Assembly: GCF_006345805.1 (NCBI RefSeq)
Contig: NC_043021.1
Span: 6,944,001 to 7,008,000, forward strand
Direction: 5' to 3'
DNA: 64,000 nucleotides
Source of the DNA: Octopus sinensis
Taxonomy: Eukaryota
Below are positions 51,289 to 64,000 of the stretch, piece by piece (positions within the stretch are counted from its first letter, which is position 1; each line of letters opens with the position of its first letter). The notes beneath the pieces are model-generated. The model had not been told where the DNA came from. It made no database searches and saw nothing but the letters and a program-made list of their open reading frames with translations. Position numbers and translations under genes: made by a program.

Positions 51289-51305
<17 letters not shown>
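49735..51305. repeat. ~1.6-kb (TA)n/GTATT compound satellite
   Basis: Visible directly; similar blocks at 27140-27485, 32200-32635, 48980-49365, 55530-55830. Confidence 0.95.
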
Positions 51306-51320
<15 letters not shown>

Positions 51321-51442
51321 GCGTACACACGTTGATATACATTCACACTGACAAGCACACAGTTTCATTTCATATAACTTATACATTTATAGAGAGAGGA
51401 TTATACACATACACTACACTGTATGTATATATATATATATAT

Positions 51443-51480
<38 letters not shown>

Positions 51481-51793
51481 TATAGAACGTACACGCATTC
51501 ATATTATCTCACATTTTTTTCACATCTAAATTCTGTGTAAAAGCTTTTACTTTCCTATTTCCGTTATGACTTTGTAATTTTTTTATTTGGAGAATTTAAA
51601 AGCTTTTCCGCTTTTGTATTTTTAAAATTATATTTCGAAATATCCATATTAGGTTTAAGGAAGTTTTTTTTCTCGTTTTCTTATTATTATTGAAAAAAAA
51701 AAAAAAGAAATGAAAAAAAAAATCAGAAGCAAACTAAATTTAATAGAAACTACCTTAGCAGATTAAAATACATACGCACCTGAATATATTTCT

Positions 51794-52275
51794 GTGCGTG
51801 TCTATACAAATGTTAGTATGTGTACTGCGTATGTGCGTGTCTATACAAATGTTAGTATATGTACTGCGTATGTGCGTGTCTATACAAATGTTAGTATATG
51901 TACTGCGTGTGTGCATGTCTATACAAATGTTAGTATATGTACTGCGTGTGTGCGTGTCTATACAAATGTTAGTATATGTACTGCGTGTGTGCATGTCTAT
52001 ACAAATGTTAGTATATGTACTGCGTATGTGCGTGTCTATACAAATGTTAGTATATGTACTGCGTGTGTGCATGTCTATACAAATGTTAGTATATGTACTG
52101 CGTGTGTGCGTGTCTATACAAATGTTAGTATATGTACTGCGTGTGTGCATGTCTATACAAATGTTAGTATATGTACTGCGTGTGTGCGTGTCTATACAAA
52201 TGTTAGTATATGTACTGCGTGTGTGCATGTCTATACAAATGTTAGTATATGTACTGCGTATGTGTGCGTGTCTAT
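51794..52275. repeat. 39-bp minisatellite, ~12 copies
   Basis: Unit GTGCRTGTCTATACAAATGTTAGTATATGTACTGCGTRT. Confidence 0.95.
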
Positions 52276-54991
52276 ATAAATGTATCATACGAACTATATA
52301 ATGTCATAGTTTATGTACTGTAAAGTCGAGTAGTAAGAAAAAGAAATGAGTTATTGAAGCAAGACCATCGTCATCACACACACTTGATTATATAAAGACT
52401 AGCAATGATTTTTCTATTTAGTTTCACCTCGACTACAAATATGTTTGTTTATTTTTTTCCCTTCCTGACACAGTTTGCTAGATACAAAAACTCTTCCAAA
52501 AACGTCAGAGCCATACTTTTTTTAATCTTTTTTTTTTTTTTGTTTTTACTTTTTAATTTTTGTCTCAGACAAGGTAGTATATTTGTCACACGCACTTTTG
52601 AAACACACCCACATCTCACTACATATACAAACATATATATATATATATATACACTCATACACATATGGAATATTCAAGCTGGAATTGCAGAGTAAAATAT
52701 GCGATTTTTTAAAACCTACTATTTATATATATATATATATATTTTTTTTCCCCTGCTTTTTTTTCTGATAGTCACCTGATATTTTTTTTCGTCATACATA
52801 GAGATGTAGAGGTAACCAATCAATCTAGAGTTTATACATACATATATAAAGATCTATATATATATAAAACGATAGAGATGTGGAGTGCGAGAGAGATGCG
52901 ATTGTTGGGGAAGTGTGTGTGTATATGTGTGCGCATACATACGTATAAAAGGTGTGCTACACAAATTTTGCATTATCTCCCTTTTCCTATATGCAAGAGG
53001 CTTGAATCCTGACTTGAATTGAGGGATCATTATTAAGTAGTGTATAGTAATAAAACTGGTCCCTTATTTTGTGCCCGCTCGTAATTTTTTTCTTCTCTTC
53101 TTTTTCTCACTCATTGTCATTTAGCCACCCCCAAAATGGCGTCTGTTTGTGATTTTACGTTTCGTATGTTTGAGTGTGGTGTGCGCACGTATACACCTGA
53201 GTGATTCATTAAAGCTGTGTACATGTGAACGAGAGAGCCTCTATGGGATCGCTCGGCCTGCTAAGCAGCTCCAATCTCTCTTATACGCCACACCCTATTG
53301 TGTGGGTAAATAAAAGGCCAGATTTAGGACATCTTCGATTTATAGGTGAACTGGATCGGAACTGATCTGAAGCTAAACAACGAGAAGGATTAAAAAAACA
53401 AAAATAGTGTGTTTAGTATAAGAAATAAGACAAAATAAATCAGTAAGTTACATAGCGATAATTGATGAATTTCTTAACGTCACAAGGCTAAAAATTTGTA
53501 GGGAAAGGCATTGGTCTGTTAAATCGCTGTTGGTATTTGACAAGAGAATAATAGTCGTTTTTCTAGCATAGAGACATAACAGTGGGGAGGGGGTGTAGTC
53601 AATACCATGGGCCTAAGTAGTTATTGGTATTTATTTTATCGACCTTGAAAGAATGAAAAGCAAAGTTGACCACACCTGGATTTGAACTATGAACGTAAAG
53701 AACCAGAAGAAATGTGGCAAAGTATTTTGTCCAACGTTCATCAATTTTGCTGATCTACTACTCTATAATAATAGTAATGATGGTAATTGTTTCTAATTTA
53801 GGGACATGGCGGGGGGGGGGTTAAGAGTTAGTTGATGCCACCAAGTCCAGAACTTGACCAGTGTTTTATTTTATTGAACTTAAGACGAAAGGCAAAGTTG
53901 ACTGACTCTAGCGGGATTTGAACATAGAATGTAGGGAGCCGAAAAAATACAGCGAAGCCTTTTTTTCCAAAATGTTAATGGTTCTGCAAATCCACTAACA
54001 ATTTAAAAAAAAAATTTGTACTGGTTTCTTTTATAATAATATAGTTTAGCATAGTCAGTACTTTGGAGGGAAAGGCCCTGGTACTTTATTTCATTGACCC
54101 TCAAATGATAGAAGGCAAAGTTGAACTTAGTGGGATTTGAACTGATAATGTAAACCAGTGGTTCTCAACCTGAGTCCATATGGTCCTTGGGGGGTGGGGT
54201 TTACATAATATTTTGTTGTTAAAATTTATATACAATAAATTGATTCTACTTCCACAAACACAAAATATCAAAAAAAAAATTTATACAATTCCTAATAATA
54301 TTTCATTACATAAATACAGCAACGGGTCCTCCATACCACACTGACCAGGCTTAGCCTCTTTTGAACACCCTATACTGGAGTGAGAGAATCCCTACAGTTT
54401 AAACAGCACTCAGATAGCCCACAAATGTGGCTTCTTTGGGAGAGACTACCATTTATGCGTCAGACTGTTTGGCTTACAGCCAGTGCTGTTCCAGTGGGGT
54501 GGACGACGAGGACATTTATCCATGGTCATTAATGACAGATCAAGGTCTCAAGAAATATATACATGTCTATACACACACACATATAAAATAATATGAGGAC
54601 TGGGCACAATATAAACTGCATAGGCAAACTGGAAGCATACTGTTGACAGTTCCCATTAGGATGAAACTTTGTACTCTAGTGTTCTAGCTTTGCTTCGCTT
54701 ATGGGGCAGTTATCTACCCTGTCAGTATATATAAATGTGCTTTTATGCAGCTATGAATGGTTTGACTCTTATTTATAGCAATATATGCACATGTGGTCAC
54801 AATTAGTGACTACTAAATTTTTTCTATATATATATATCATCTGTAAAAAACATAAATCCGAAAGAAGCAGCACACTCTAAGATGTAGAGCAGTGTATTAT
54901 ATTAAAAATGGGAAAGACTGGGATTACCTTAGGTTTCCTTTTATGGATGGAAAACCTAAGGTAATCCCATAAACTGGCCTTCCCCATTTTT

Positions 54992-55047
<56 letters not shown>

Positions 55048-56929
55048 CAAATATATGCACACACACATATGCATGTATGTATATATGTAGTTCAAATTTA
55101 CAGAAAACAAAAGACAGTAACTGGTGAGGGGATAAACAAGGAAGGAGGCGTAATTAGTTTGCCTTTCAGGAAGAATGGAAAAGACTTTCACATTTGGAGC
55201 CTATGCTCTTTAACAGAAAGGGCCAGCAGGAAAAAATGGAGAGAGAATGTAAAAAAGTTCAGAAACTTCTGAAGTTGTAGATTAGTGTGATATGTATTAA
55301 GAAAAGTAGCCAGTAAGATTCATGATTCTAGAGTCTGAATATATATGTGTGTGTGTATGGCCATGCTTGATTGCTAAATCCACAAGCTTTTTTTATTCTG
55401 TCTCTGTTTAATTTCTCTCATTCCTTTCTGTTGAAGAGCATAGGCTCAAAATGTAAAAGACTTTCTAACTTTCTTGAGCATCAAACTAATACAACTGCTT
55501 GTTATTCATTCACCTGTCTTCGTCATATATATGCATGTGTGTGTGTGTGTATGTATATATGTGTGTGTGTGTGTGTGTATGTATATATGTGTGTGTATAT
55601 GTGTGTATGTATATGTATGTGTGTGTGTATGTATATATATGTACATATGTGTATGTATGTGTCTGTATTTATATGTATATGTGAGTATGTATATATATAT
55701 GTTTATATATGTCTGTGTTTATATATGTATATATGTGTCTATATATATATGTATGTGTATATATATGTATATATGTGTGTGTATATATGTGTGGTGTGTG
55801 TGTGTGTGTGTATATGTTTATATATATGCAGAGGCAATACCGTGTGGTAGGAAGCTTGCTTCCCAATCACATTGTTCCGGGTTCAGTCCCAATGCATGGT
55901 ACTTTGGCCAAGTATCTTCTATAACCTTGAACCAATCAAAGCCTTGTAAGTAAATTTGGTAGACAGAAACTGAATGAAGCCCAGTGTGTGAGTGTGTGTG
56001 TTGTTGTTCTGACTGTTTGTCCCCCCATTCACTGCTTGACAACCGGTGTTGGTGTGCTTACGTCCCCATAACTCAGCACTTTAGCATAAGAAACTGAGAA
56101 AATAAGTACTAGGTTTTTAAAAAAAGTTAGTCCTGGGGTCCTTTTGTATGACTAAAACCTCTCAAGATGGTGTTCTGGCATGGCCGCAGTCAAATGACTG
56201 AAACAAATAAAAGAATAAAGGATATATATGTACAGAGAGAGAGAGAGATAGAATCCTTGAACACAGGAGGGCTATGTAGACAGCTTAGAAAATCAGATAA
56301 ATACCCTTCAGAAGATGAACAGTGGCCAGAAAGCCTCCACAGAGAATCGAACCCTGCACCACCCATACACATATAAATATCTGTTCTTTTTCTTAATGAT
56401 TTGTCAACTTCACAGAAATTTAATTCTTGAGATTATCTCCCCTTTTTATATGGAGTTTTCTCAATTGCCAGTTTGCTTATTGTAAACACATCCCCTTGAG
56501 GCTGACATAATTTTTGAAAGATTCAAATGTTTATTTTGTATATCTGTCTGTATATCTACCTGTCTTTTAGTCTAAATGTGTGTGTGTCCGCATGCATGTG
56601 AATATTGATATACTACAATGAAACAGAAATGTGATGTTTCCACTGGTTGTTGACATCACTACCAGTAACTTCCCATTTTGAAAGAGCTATGGAATAAAAA
56701 AAAAACATCCTTTATTTAGAAAACAGGTAACATTTAGTGGCAGGAAAGGCATCCACCAGTAAAATGTTGTCTAATTTAACTCCCTGTCAAGCTTAGTTAA
56801 GTTATGAACAATGGATGTTGAATGAAAGACCTTTACATAATCGCATGCAGTTGTATCCCAATTGTTTCTGTAATCTTAATCCAACTTAGCAACATGACTT
56901 TTTCATCTTCTAGTGTGTCACACTAAGTT

Positions 56930-58075
56930 ATTGTGTTAATAAATCAAGTACACTTAGTGTGGTTTACTGTGTTAATAAGTCTAGTACAGTTATTGTAGTT
57001 GGTTTTGTTAAAACTATTATTTCTGTGGTTTGTTATGTAAGTAAACTTGTAATTATAGCAGCTTATAGTGTTAATAAACTCATACCTCATATATTATTAA
57101 TGATAAATGTAGTATAATTATTTTGGCTTTTGCTGTTAATAAACTTGTAATTAACATGGTTTTATGTTAATAAACTTTGTATTATTGCAGTTTGTGTTGA
57201 CAAACCTAGTATCATTACTGTAGTTTGTGTTAGTAGGCCTAGCATCATTACTATGCCTTGTTAAAATACCTAGTATTATTATTATTATGGTTTGATACAG
57301 GTGGTCAGCTAACAGAATCATTAGCACTCCAGGCAAAATGCTTAGTGGCATTTCATCCATCCTTATGTTCTAAGTTCAAATTTCACTGAGGTCAACCTTA
57401 CTTTCATCCTTTTGGGGTTGTTGGAATAAATACCAGTTGAACACTGGGGTTCATTTAATCCCTGAAATCACTGGCTTTTTGCCAAAATTTGAAACCATTG
57501 TTGTTGTTGTTGTTATTATTATTATTGTTAGGGTAGCAACCCGGGAAGATCATTACTGTGCTGGACAGCAACATTTCATGTCTTCATGTTGAGTTCAAAT
57601 TCCCTCAAGGTCAGCTTTGCCTTTCATCCTTTCAGGGTTGATGAAATAAGTACTGGTTATGCATTGGGGTCGATGTAATCGACTAACCCCTCTCCCAGAA
57701 TTTCAGACCTTGTGCCTATAGTAAAAAGGATTATTATGCTTTGTTAACAAGCCTATCACTAAAACTAGTGTAATGACTGTGGGGTGTTGTTTTAAACTTG
57801 TAACTGTGGTTTCTTGTGTTAATGTATCTATAATTGCTATAGTCTAGTATGTTAATAAACCTAGTATTTTTACTATGATTTCTTGTGTTGATATACCTAG
57901 TATTATTATTACTGTGGTTTGTTAATAAACCTATCATTTCTTTTGTGCTAATACATCTAGTATAATTACTTTTGTTTGTGTTCATAAACCTAGTATGATT
58001 GTTGTGGTTTGTGATGTAAATAAGTATAATCACTTCTGTCTGTGGTGTTGATGAACCCATCATAATCACTATGGT
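56930..58075. repeat. Degenerate ~35-bp minisatellite interrupted by SINEs (about 57295-57733)
   Basis: Recurrent TGTTAATAAACCTAGTATTATTACTGTGGTTTG-like units. Confidence 0.75.
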
Positions 58076-58232
58076 TGCTAATATGGAGCTTAAATGTTTA
58101 AGCCAAATGTCATTTTATTGACTGTACTACAAATTATAATAATGATTTCAAATTTTGGAACAAGGCCAGCAAGTTTAGGGGAGGGGATAAGGTGATTATA
58201 TCAACCCCAGTGATCAATTGGTACTTATTTTA

Positions 58233-58466
58233 GCGAGCTGGCAGAAACGTTAGCGTGCCGGGCGAAATGCTTAGCGGTATTTCGTTTGCCGTTACGTTCT
58301 GAGTTCAAATTCCGCCGAGGTCGACTTTGCCTTTCATCCTTTCGGGGTCGATTAAATAAGTACAATTATGCACTGGGGTCGATATAATTGACTTAATCTG
58401 TTTGTCTTCTGTCCTTGTTTGTCCCCTCTGTGTTTAGCCCCTTGTGGGTAGTAAAGAAATAGGTAT
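58233..58466 (+). mobile_element. SINE family B copy nested antisense in an older relative
   Basis: 12-bp direct repeat TTATTTTAGCGA at 58225-36 and 58467-78. Confidence 0.85.
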
Positions 58467-59973
58467 TTATTTTAGCGACCCTGAAAGGATGAAAGGCAAA
58501 GGTGTCCCCAGTGGCATTTGAACTCAGAAGAGTTGGAAGAAATGTTGTTAAGCATTTTCCCCCTGGCACACTAATGATTATGCCAGCTCACCACATTAAT
58601 AATAATAATAATCCTTTCTATTATAGGCACAAGGCCTGAAATTTGGGGGAGATACTTAATTTATTGACCCTGAAAGGATGAAAAGCAAAGTTGACCAGCA
58701 GAATTTGAACTTAGAACATAACAGCAGACAAAATACCGCTAAGCATTTTGTCTAGTATGCTAATGATTCTGCCAGCTCACCACCTTAATAATTAATAATA
58801 ATAATAATAAAGGTCTGTATAATATATATATAACAGTCAAGTAAGTGCAGGTGTGGCTGTGTGGTAAAAATCTTGCTTCCCAACTTGATGGTTCTGGGTT
58901 TAGTTCCACTGCATAGCACCTTGGTCAAGTAAATGTCTTCTACTATAGCCTCAGGCTGACCAAAGCCTTGTGAGTGGATTTGGTAGACAGAAACTGAAAG
59001 AAGCTTGTCATGTGTGTGTTTGTCTGTATTTGTCTCCTACCACTGCTTGACAACTGGTGTAGGTTTGTCTTTTTCCCTATAACTTAGTAGTTCAGCAAAA
59101 GAGACTAATTGAATAAGTACCAGGCTTAAAAAAAAAAAAGGCTATTGGAGTTGGTTCATTTGGCTAAAAATTCTTCAAGGCAGTGCCCTAGCATGGCTGC
59201 AGTCTAATGAGTGAAACAAGTAAAAGATAAAAGATGTACACTGGTTGATTTAATAAAATGTGTCCTTCTCCAGAAGTTGTGGTCTTGGCAGCAACATTAG
59301 GAATCATTATTGCTAAGACGGTGGTGGTAAAGCAGAAATGGTTAGCACAGTGGACTGAATGCTGTACAAATTGTAGTTTTAGATTCTCCTTTTACATTAA
59401 GTTCAAATAATATTTATTTCTTTATTGCCCACAGGGGGCTAAACATAGAGGGGACAAACAAGGACAGACAAAGAGATTAAGTCGATTACATCGACCCCCA
59501 GTGTGTAACTGGTGCTAATTTATCAACCCTGAAAGGATGAAAGGCAAAGTCAACCACGACGGAATATGAGCTCAGAACGTAAAGACTGACAAAATACAGC
59601 ATTTCATCCCGTGTGCTGATGGCAGTATATATGCTTCACCTCTAAATCTTCAAGGGCAGGAGTGGGGGGCATATGAGCACATATACACACACAGATAGCT
59701 GCCCCCACTAAATGTTTGCTGTCTCCCTTCCTCTCTCTCTCTCTTTCTGTCTCTCTGGTTTCTTCCAAATGTAGGCCATAACAGCTGTCTAATTATAAAT
59801 TATTACTAAACAAAACCTATCTGTCGAGAAATTAAAGGTCAGATGAATGTTGTGTGTAATAATATTTTATCATTTCTTCATACTAAACCAACCTCATCAA
59901 ATTCATTATTCCACGGATGAGGGAATATGAAAAACTATTTTCTCATGATTTCATTGATATCTCTTGTGAGCAG

Positions 59974-60008
<35 letters not shown>

Positions 60009-60229
60009 GAGTGTTTCATTTTCATTTCTGTTTCCTATGAAACTTGGAAATTGCATTAAAAATGCATTGGATTTCATTATCCGTAACTGTTTATTGGATG
60101 ATGAGGATTAACACCAAGTAAGCCTTGATTTGGAATTTCTATTGCCAAAGGTACTGAAACCTTGATCATCCATGTTGTTTATATTTTTAAGGTATAATGT
60201 ATTCAGGATTACTACTTCTTTAATCCCTA

Positions 60230-60460
60230 GCTGGAGAGGGAGGTTGTCCTCTTAAGCAATACATTGCTGTGGGTGTCACTAAATGATGGACTCTAGTGAT
60301 GATGCTACTCCTCATTTTCCAATTCATGGCACTGGCCTTAGCATGCCCGAGGTCAAAGCGCTGTGACTTTAGGTCTTCCTCAATTTGTTTTGCCCTTGTC
60401 TTGTTTGGTGCAGCCACAAAAGTCGGTGTGGCAGTTTTGGTGACATTGTTCTCGGATGTT
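60230..60460 (-). mobile_element. Decayed RTE-like LINE 3' fragment
   Basis: PNKTRAKQIEEDLK...NWKMRSSI resembles the RP.KTW...I..DL....WR pattern. Confidence 0.4.
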
Positions 60461-60857
60461 GTTGTTTAAGATTAGAGTGACACCAAGGATCTGATGAAGA
60501 CATTGCATTTGGGCTACACTATCCAGGATGCATAGTGTCTCCTTTTCCATTTTTAAAACACTTTGATGAGATTCAAAGGAAATTTGACTACCATTTCTAC
60601 TAGGTTGAGCCCTCATGTACAGACTCTTGCATTATTAGTATGATCAGTGTGGTTGTGTATTATTGAGTCACTCTTGCTACACATTCCAACACGCCTATCA
60701 TTTTTTTATATGGTTGTTCATTGTCTTTTTAGCCCAGGTCAACTCTATGATTACAGCTATGACTATCAGTTCTTTTTTTTGTGCATGTGTGTTTTTATTA
60801 AACATAGTAGTCTAGTCTACATTAGTGTGGTGTGGTAGAACATGGTGGTGGTGATGT

Positions 60858-61071
60858 TTAACCTCGAGCATTTTAACCAGCCATATCTAGCCCAAATATT
60901 TTACATGTTTTATGCTCAAACCATCCAGATCTGGCTTCTCACTCCTATCCTACTATGTCGTTCTAAAAATGAATAACCACATCATCGAATTCTCAAAGCT
61001 GTAAGAGTATGCATGGTTAGTTCAAAACAATGTGAATACATAAGCTTTAGACTTGAATTCTAATAGGTTAA
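60858..61071. mobile_element. TTAA-flanked (piggyBac-like) MITE
   Basis: TTAACC...GGTTAA ends; partial reverse copy at 1738-1873. Confidence 0.45.
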
Positions 61072-61939
61072 CTACAAGTCTGCCCTGAAGCTGTAGCCTC
61101 CTGATCAAAGGTGTTTCCCATACCATTAATTTAAAAGCAATCTTTTAAAGGTCATCACTATACCTCTAGTAACAGTAACAGTTGACAAATCAACAAGAGA
61201 GCTTCTACGAGGCTGCTCAACCTGCAGAAAATAGCAAGAAAATTCTTCTCAAACCACATCGTATTGTAATTAAAAAAGGTGGGACCAATTGGATAATCCA
61301 GTCTTCAATATACTGCTTGAAATACAAACAAATCGGTAATGCCTGGAATACTTTTGATCTTAGGCCTATTAGATAATGACTGATGGACTTAGAACTTAAA
61401 CAGCAACAACATTTTGGTAACTTTCTGAATTTCTTCTATCTCATTCCCATTTATTATTCCCTAGACACTGTATGTACCCTTCTTCCAATACCTATTCAAC
61501 CCACTTCTCTTTGTTAATGGTCCAACAAAGGGTCTGGCCTGAAATATTACTCTTCCACTTTTTTTATGCACACTTTATTCATTTCTTAATGTTTTTTTAA
61601 AACAACCTCCTGATTTTGCTAAATTGAGGTCTTCTTAGTCTGAAATAAGTATGGCCACGTGATTAAGAACTCTGCTTTGCATCCACGATGTCTACTGTTG
61701 GTTTGGCTCGATCAATACTTTGTGAGTGGTATTTGGTTTATGGAAACTATAAGGAAGACCATTGTGTGTGTTTTTACCAAACATAGTGATCTAGGTCTCA
61801 GAGACTGTCTTTATGGTGACACTGCTTAAAAACCAGTGCTGTTGTATATTTTCCATACATTAATGGTTTAACAAATATATATCAATATGGCAGCAGTCTT
61901 AACGTTAAATGCTGGAGTCACTCTGATTCACTCTGTTCC

Positions 61940-61987
<48 letters not shown>

Positions 61988-64000
61988 TGTATATGTGTGT
62001 GTGTGTGTGTATATAAAGGGTGTGATCTTTTGTATTAGGTACATATAATGGTGGACAACAAATTGAAAGGAAAATAACTGCCAAGTCATTATACAGTCAG
62101 ATTTATCTTGCAATCCAAAATACCTCATTTCATGGAACATTAGCAAACCTTTTTCTTTCTGCTTCTCTCCATTCCATATCATCATCATCATCGTCATCGT
62201 TGTTTAACATCTGCCTTCCATGCTAGCATGAGTAAGAAGGTTTCACAAGAGCTGGCCAGCAGAAATCTGCACTAGACTTTCTGTGACTGTTTTAGCAGGA
62301 TTTTTACAGCTGGATGCTCTTTCTAACACCAGCCACTCAGCAGAGTGGACTTAGTGCTTTTTGTGTGGCACAAGCACAAGTGAGGTCAGTTTTGGCAAGG
62401 TTTTTACAGCTGGATGCCCTTCCGAACACCAACCACTTTACAGCGTGGAGTGGATGCTTTTAAGTGGCACCTGCACTGACAGGATCACCAAGTACTTACA
62501 AGACAAAAAAAAAAGAAAATTTCAGGAGGGGAGGGGACATTGGAGGATGTGATCTTGTGTTGGATGATGAAAGGTTATAGTGATATTTGTGTGTGTGTGT
62601 CTATGAATTTGTATGCGAATTACATAGTTGTCCCCATCATAATGGCTACTTACAACATCACGCACTCTCATACATTAAGCACAGGTAGCCTCATCTGGCA
62701 CCTGTGCCAGTGGTACATAAAAAGCACCCACTACACTCATGGAGTGGTTGGCGTTAGGAAGGGCATTCAGCCGTAGAAACATTGCCAGATCAGACTGGGC
62801 CTGGTGCAGCCTTCTGGCTTTCCAGATCCCAGTTGAACCGTCCAACCCATGCCAGCATGGAAAGCAGACGCTAAATGATGATGATGATGTATGGAACTTT
62901 GGACAATCTCATCTCAGATTATTTTCAAGAGTTTACTTGGTGCCATTATCACAAACATATGGTTTGAGTGGATTTTCTACAAATTAAGGGCTGGTTTTGT
63001 TGTGTAGTAGTTTGGCATATTTCTTTCCAATTTGTTGTGCATTGAATGAAAGATTGCTGAAAAGCCTGTATACATGTAGAGGCAGGTGTGGCTGTGGTAA
63101 GAAGCTTGCTTCCCAATCACATGATTCTCAGTTTTGTCTCACTGCATGGCACCTTGAGCAAGTGTCTTCTATTATTGCCTCTAGCTGACTAAAGCCTTGT
63201 GAGTGGATTTGGTTGATGGAAACTAAAAGAAGCCCATTATATATATTTACATGCGTGTGTCTGTGTTTGTTCCCCCCGCCCTCTGCTCATCACTTGACAA
63301 CCAATGTTGGTGTGTTTACATTCCTGTAACTTAGCAGTTTGGCAAAAGAAATGAATAGAATAAGTACCAAGCTTCTAAAAAAATGAGTCCTGGGGTGATT
63401 TATCCAACAAAAACCTTTCAAGGTGTTAACCCCGCATGGCCACAGTCAAATGACCGAGACAGATGAAAAGTAAATGGTCTATGCACATGTTTATATATGT
63501 GTGTGTGTTTTACCAATATATAAAGGTAAAAAATGTAAACATTATAGAGAAACAGAAAAACTAGTACTGTCAAATAAAAATACCCTTGGTAATATTTGTT
63601 CCTAACCAAGTTCCACAGACAATCCCTTATCCCTCTCACTTTCAGTAATGTTATGAACTGATGACTAGTTCATTGGAAACCTGTAACCACCGACGCTATT
63701 GTTAACCAAATACAATATATAAAATAATAGGGTTAAATAAAACGAGTCTTTTCTAAGTTAGTTGCTTATTATTAAATATTTATTGTATTTATGATTCATT
63801 AATCCATATTGTCTCATTTAAACCAACCAATTAACCAACCACCTAACCACCCAGCCATACACGTTCATGGTTTCTAGTATTGTCTTCTCCACCTGAGTTT
63901 CAACTTTTGTTCTGCTGTTTTGCTCTAGATTAAGTTTTCTCTCATGAGAGCTGAATTGTCTATAAAATAAGAATAAAAAAAAAGTGTGTATATTGAGAAA

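Noticed and set aside
51755-52301. 160-177-aa repeat-protein ORFs, or a CRISPR-like array
   Set aside because: A 39-bp head-to-tail minisatellite that happens to lack stops in three frames; no unique spacers, no cas genes, eukaryotic context.

Overview
AT-rich, repeat-dense animal genomic DNA. The SINE, RTE-LINE and microsatellite landscape points to an octopus (inferred, not searched). Two protein-coding exons can be supported, and they point away from each other. On the minus strand is the first coding exon of an AP-4 sigma subunit (AP4S1-like; CDS 8692->8555, 46 codons). On the plus strand is the first coding exon of a striatin-family gene (36143-36520), followed by an intron of more than 27 kb. 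Human STRN3 and AP4S1 are also head-to-head neighbours. The rest is intronic or intergenic: tRNA-derived SINEs, RTE/CR1/CRE-like LINE fragments, mariner/hAT/Mutator-like MITEs, non-autonomous Helitrons, mini- and microsatellites, and several long fold-back repeats. The most unusual signal is a set of type I hammerhead ribozyme motifs from several unrelated repeat families. One has a fully intact core (6993-7095) and one sits at the 3' end of a tRNA-headed SINE. Most ORFs in the supplied track are microsatellite or SINE artefacts.
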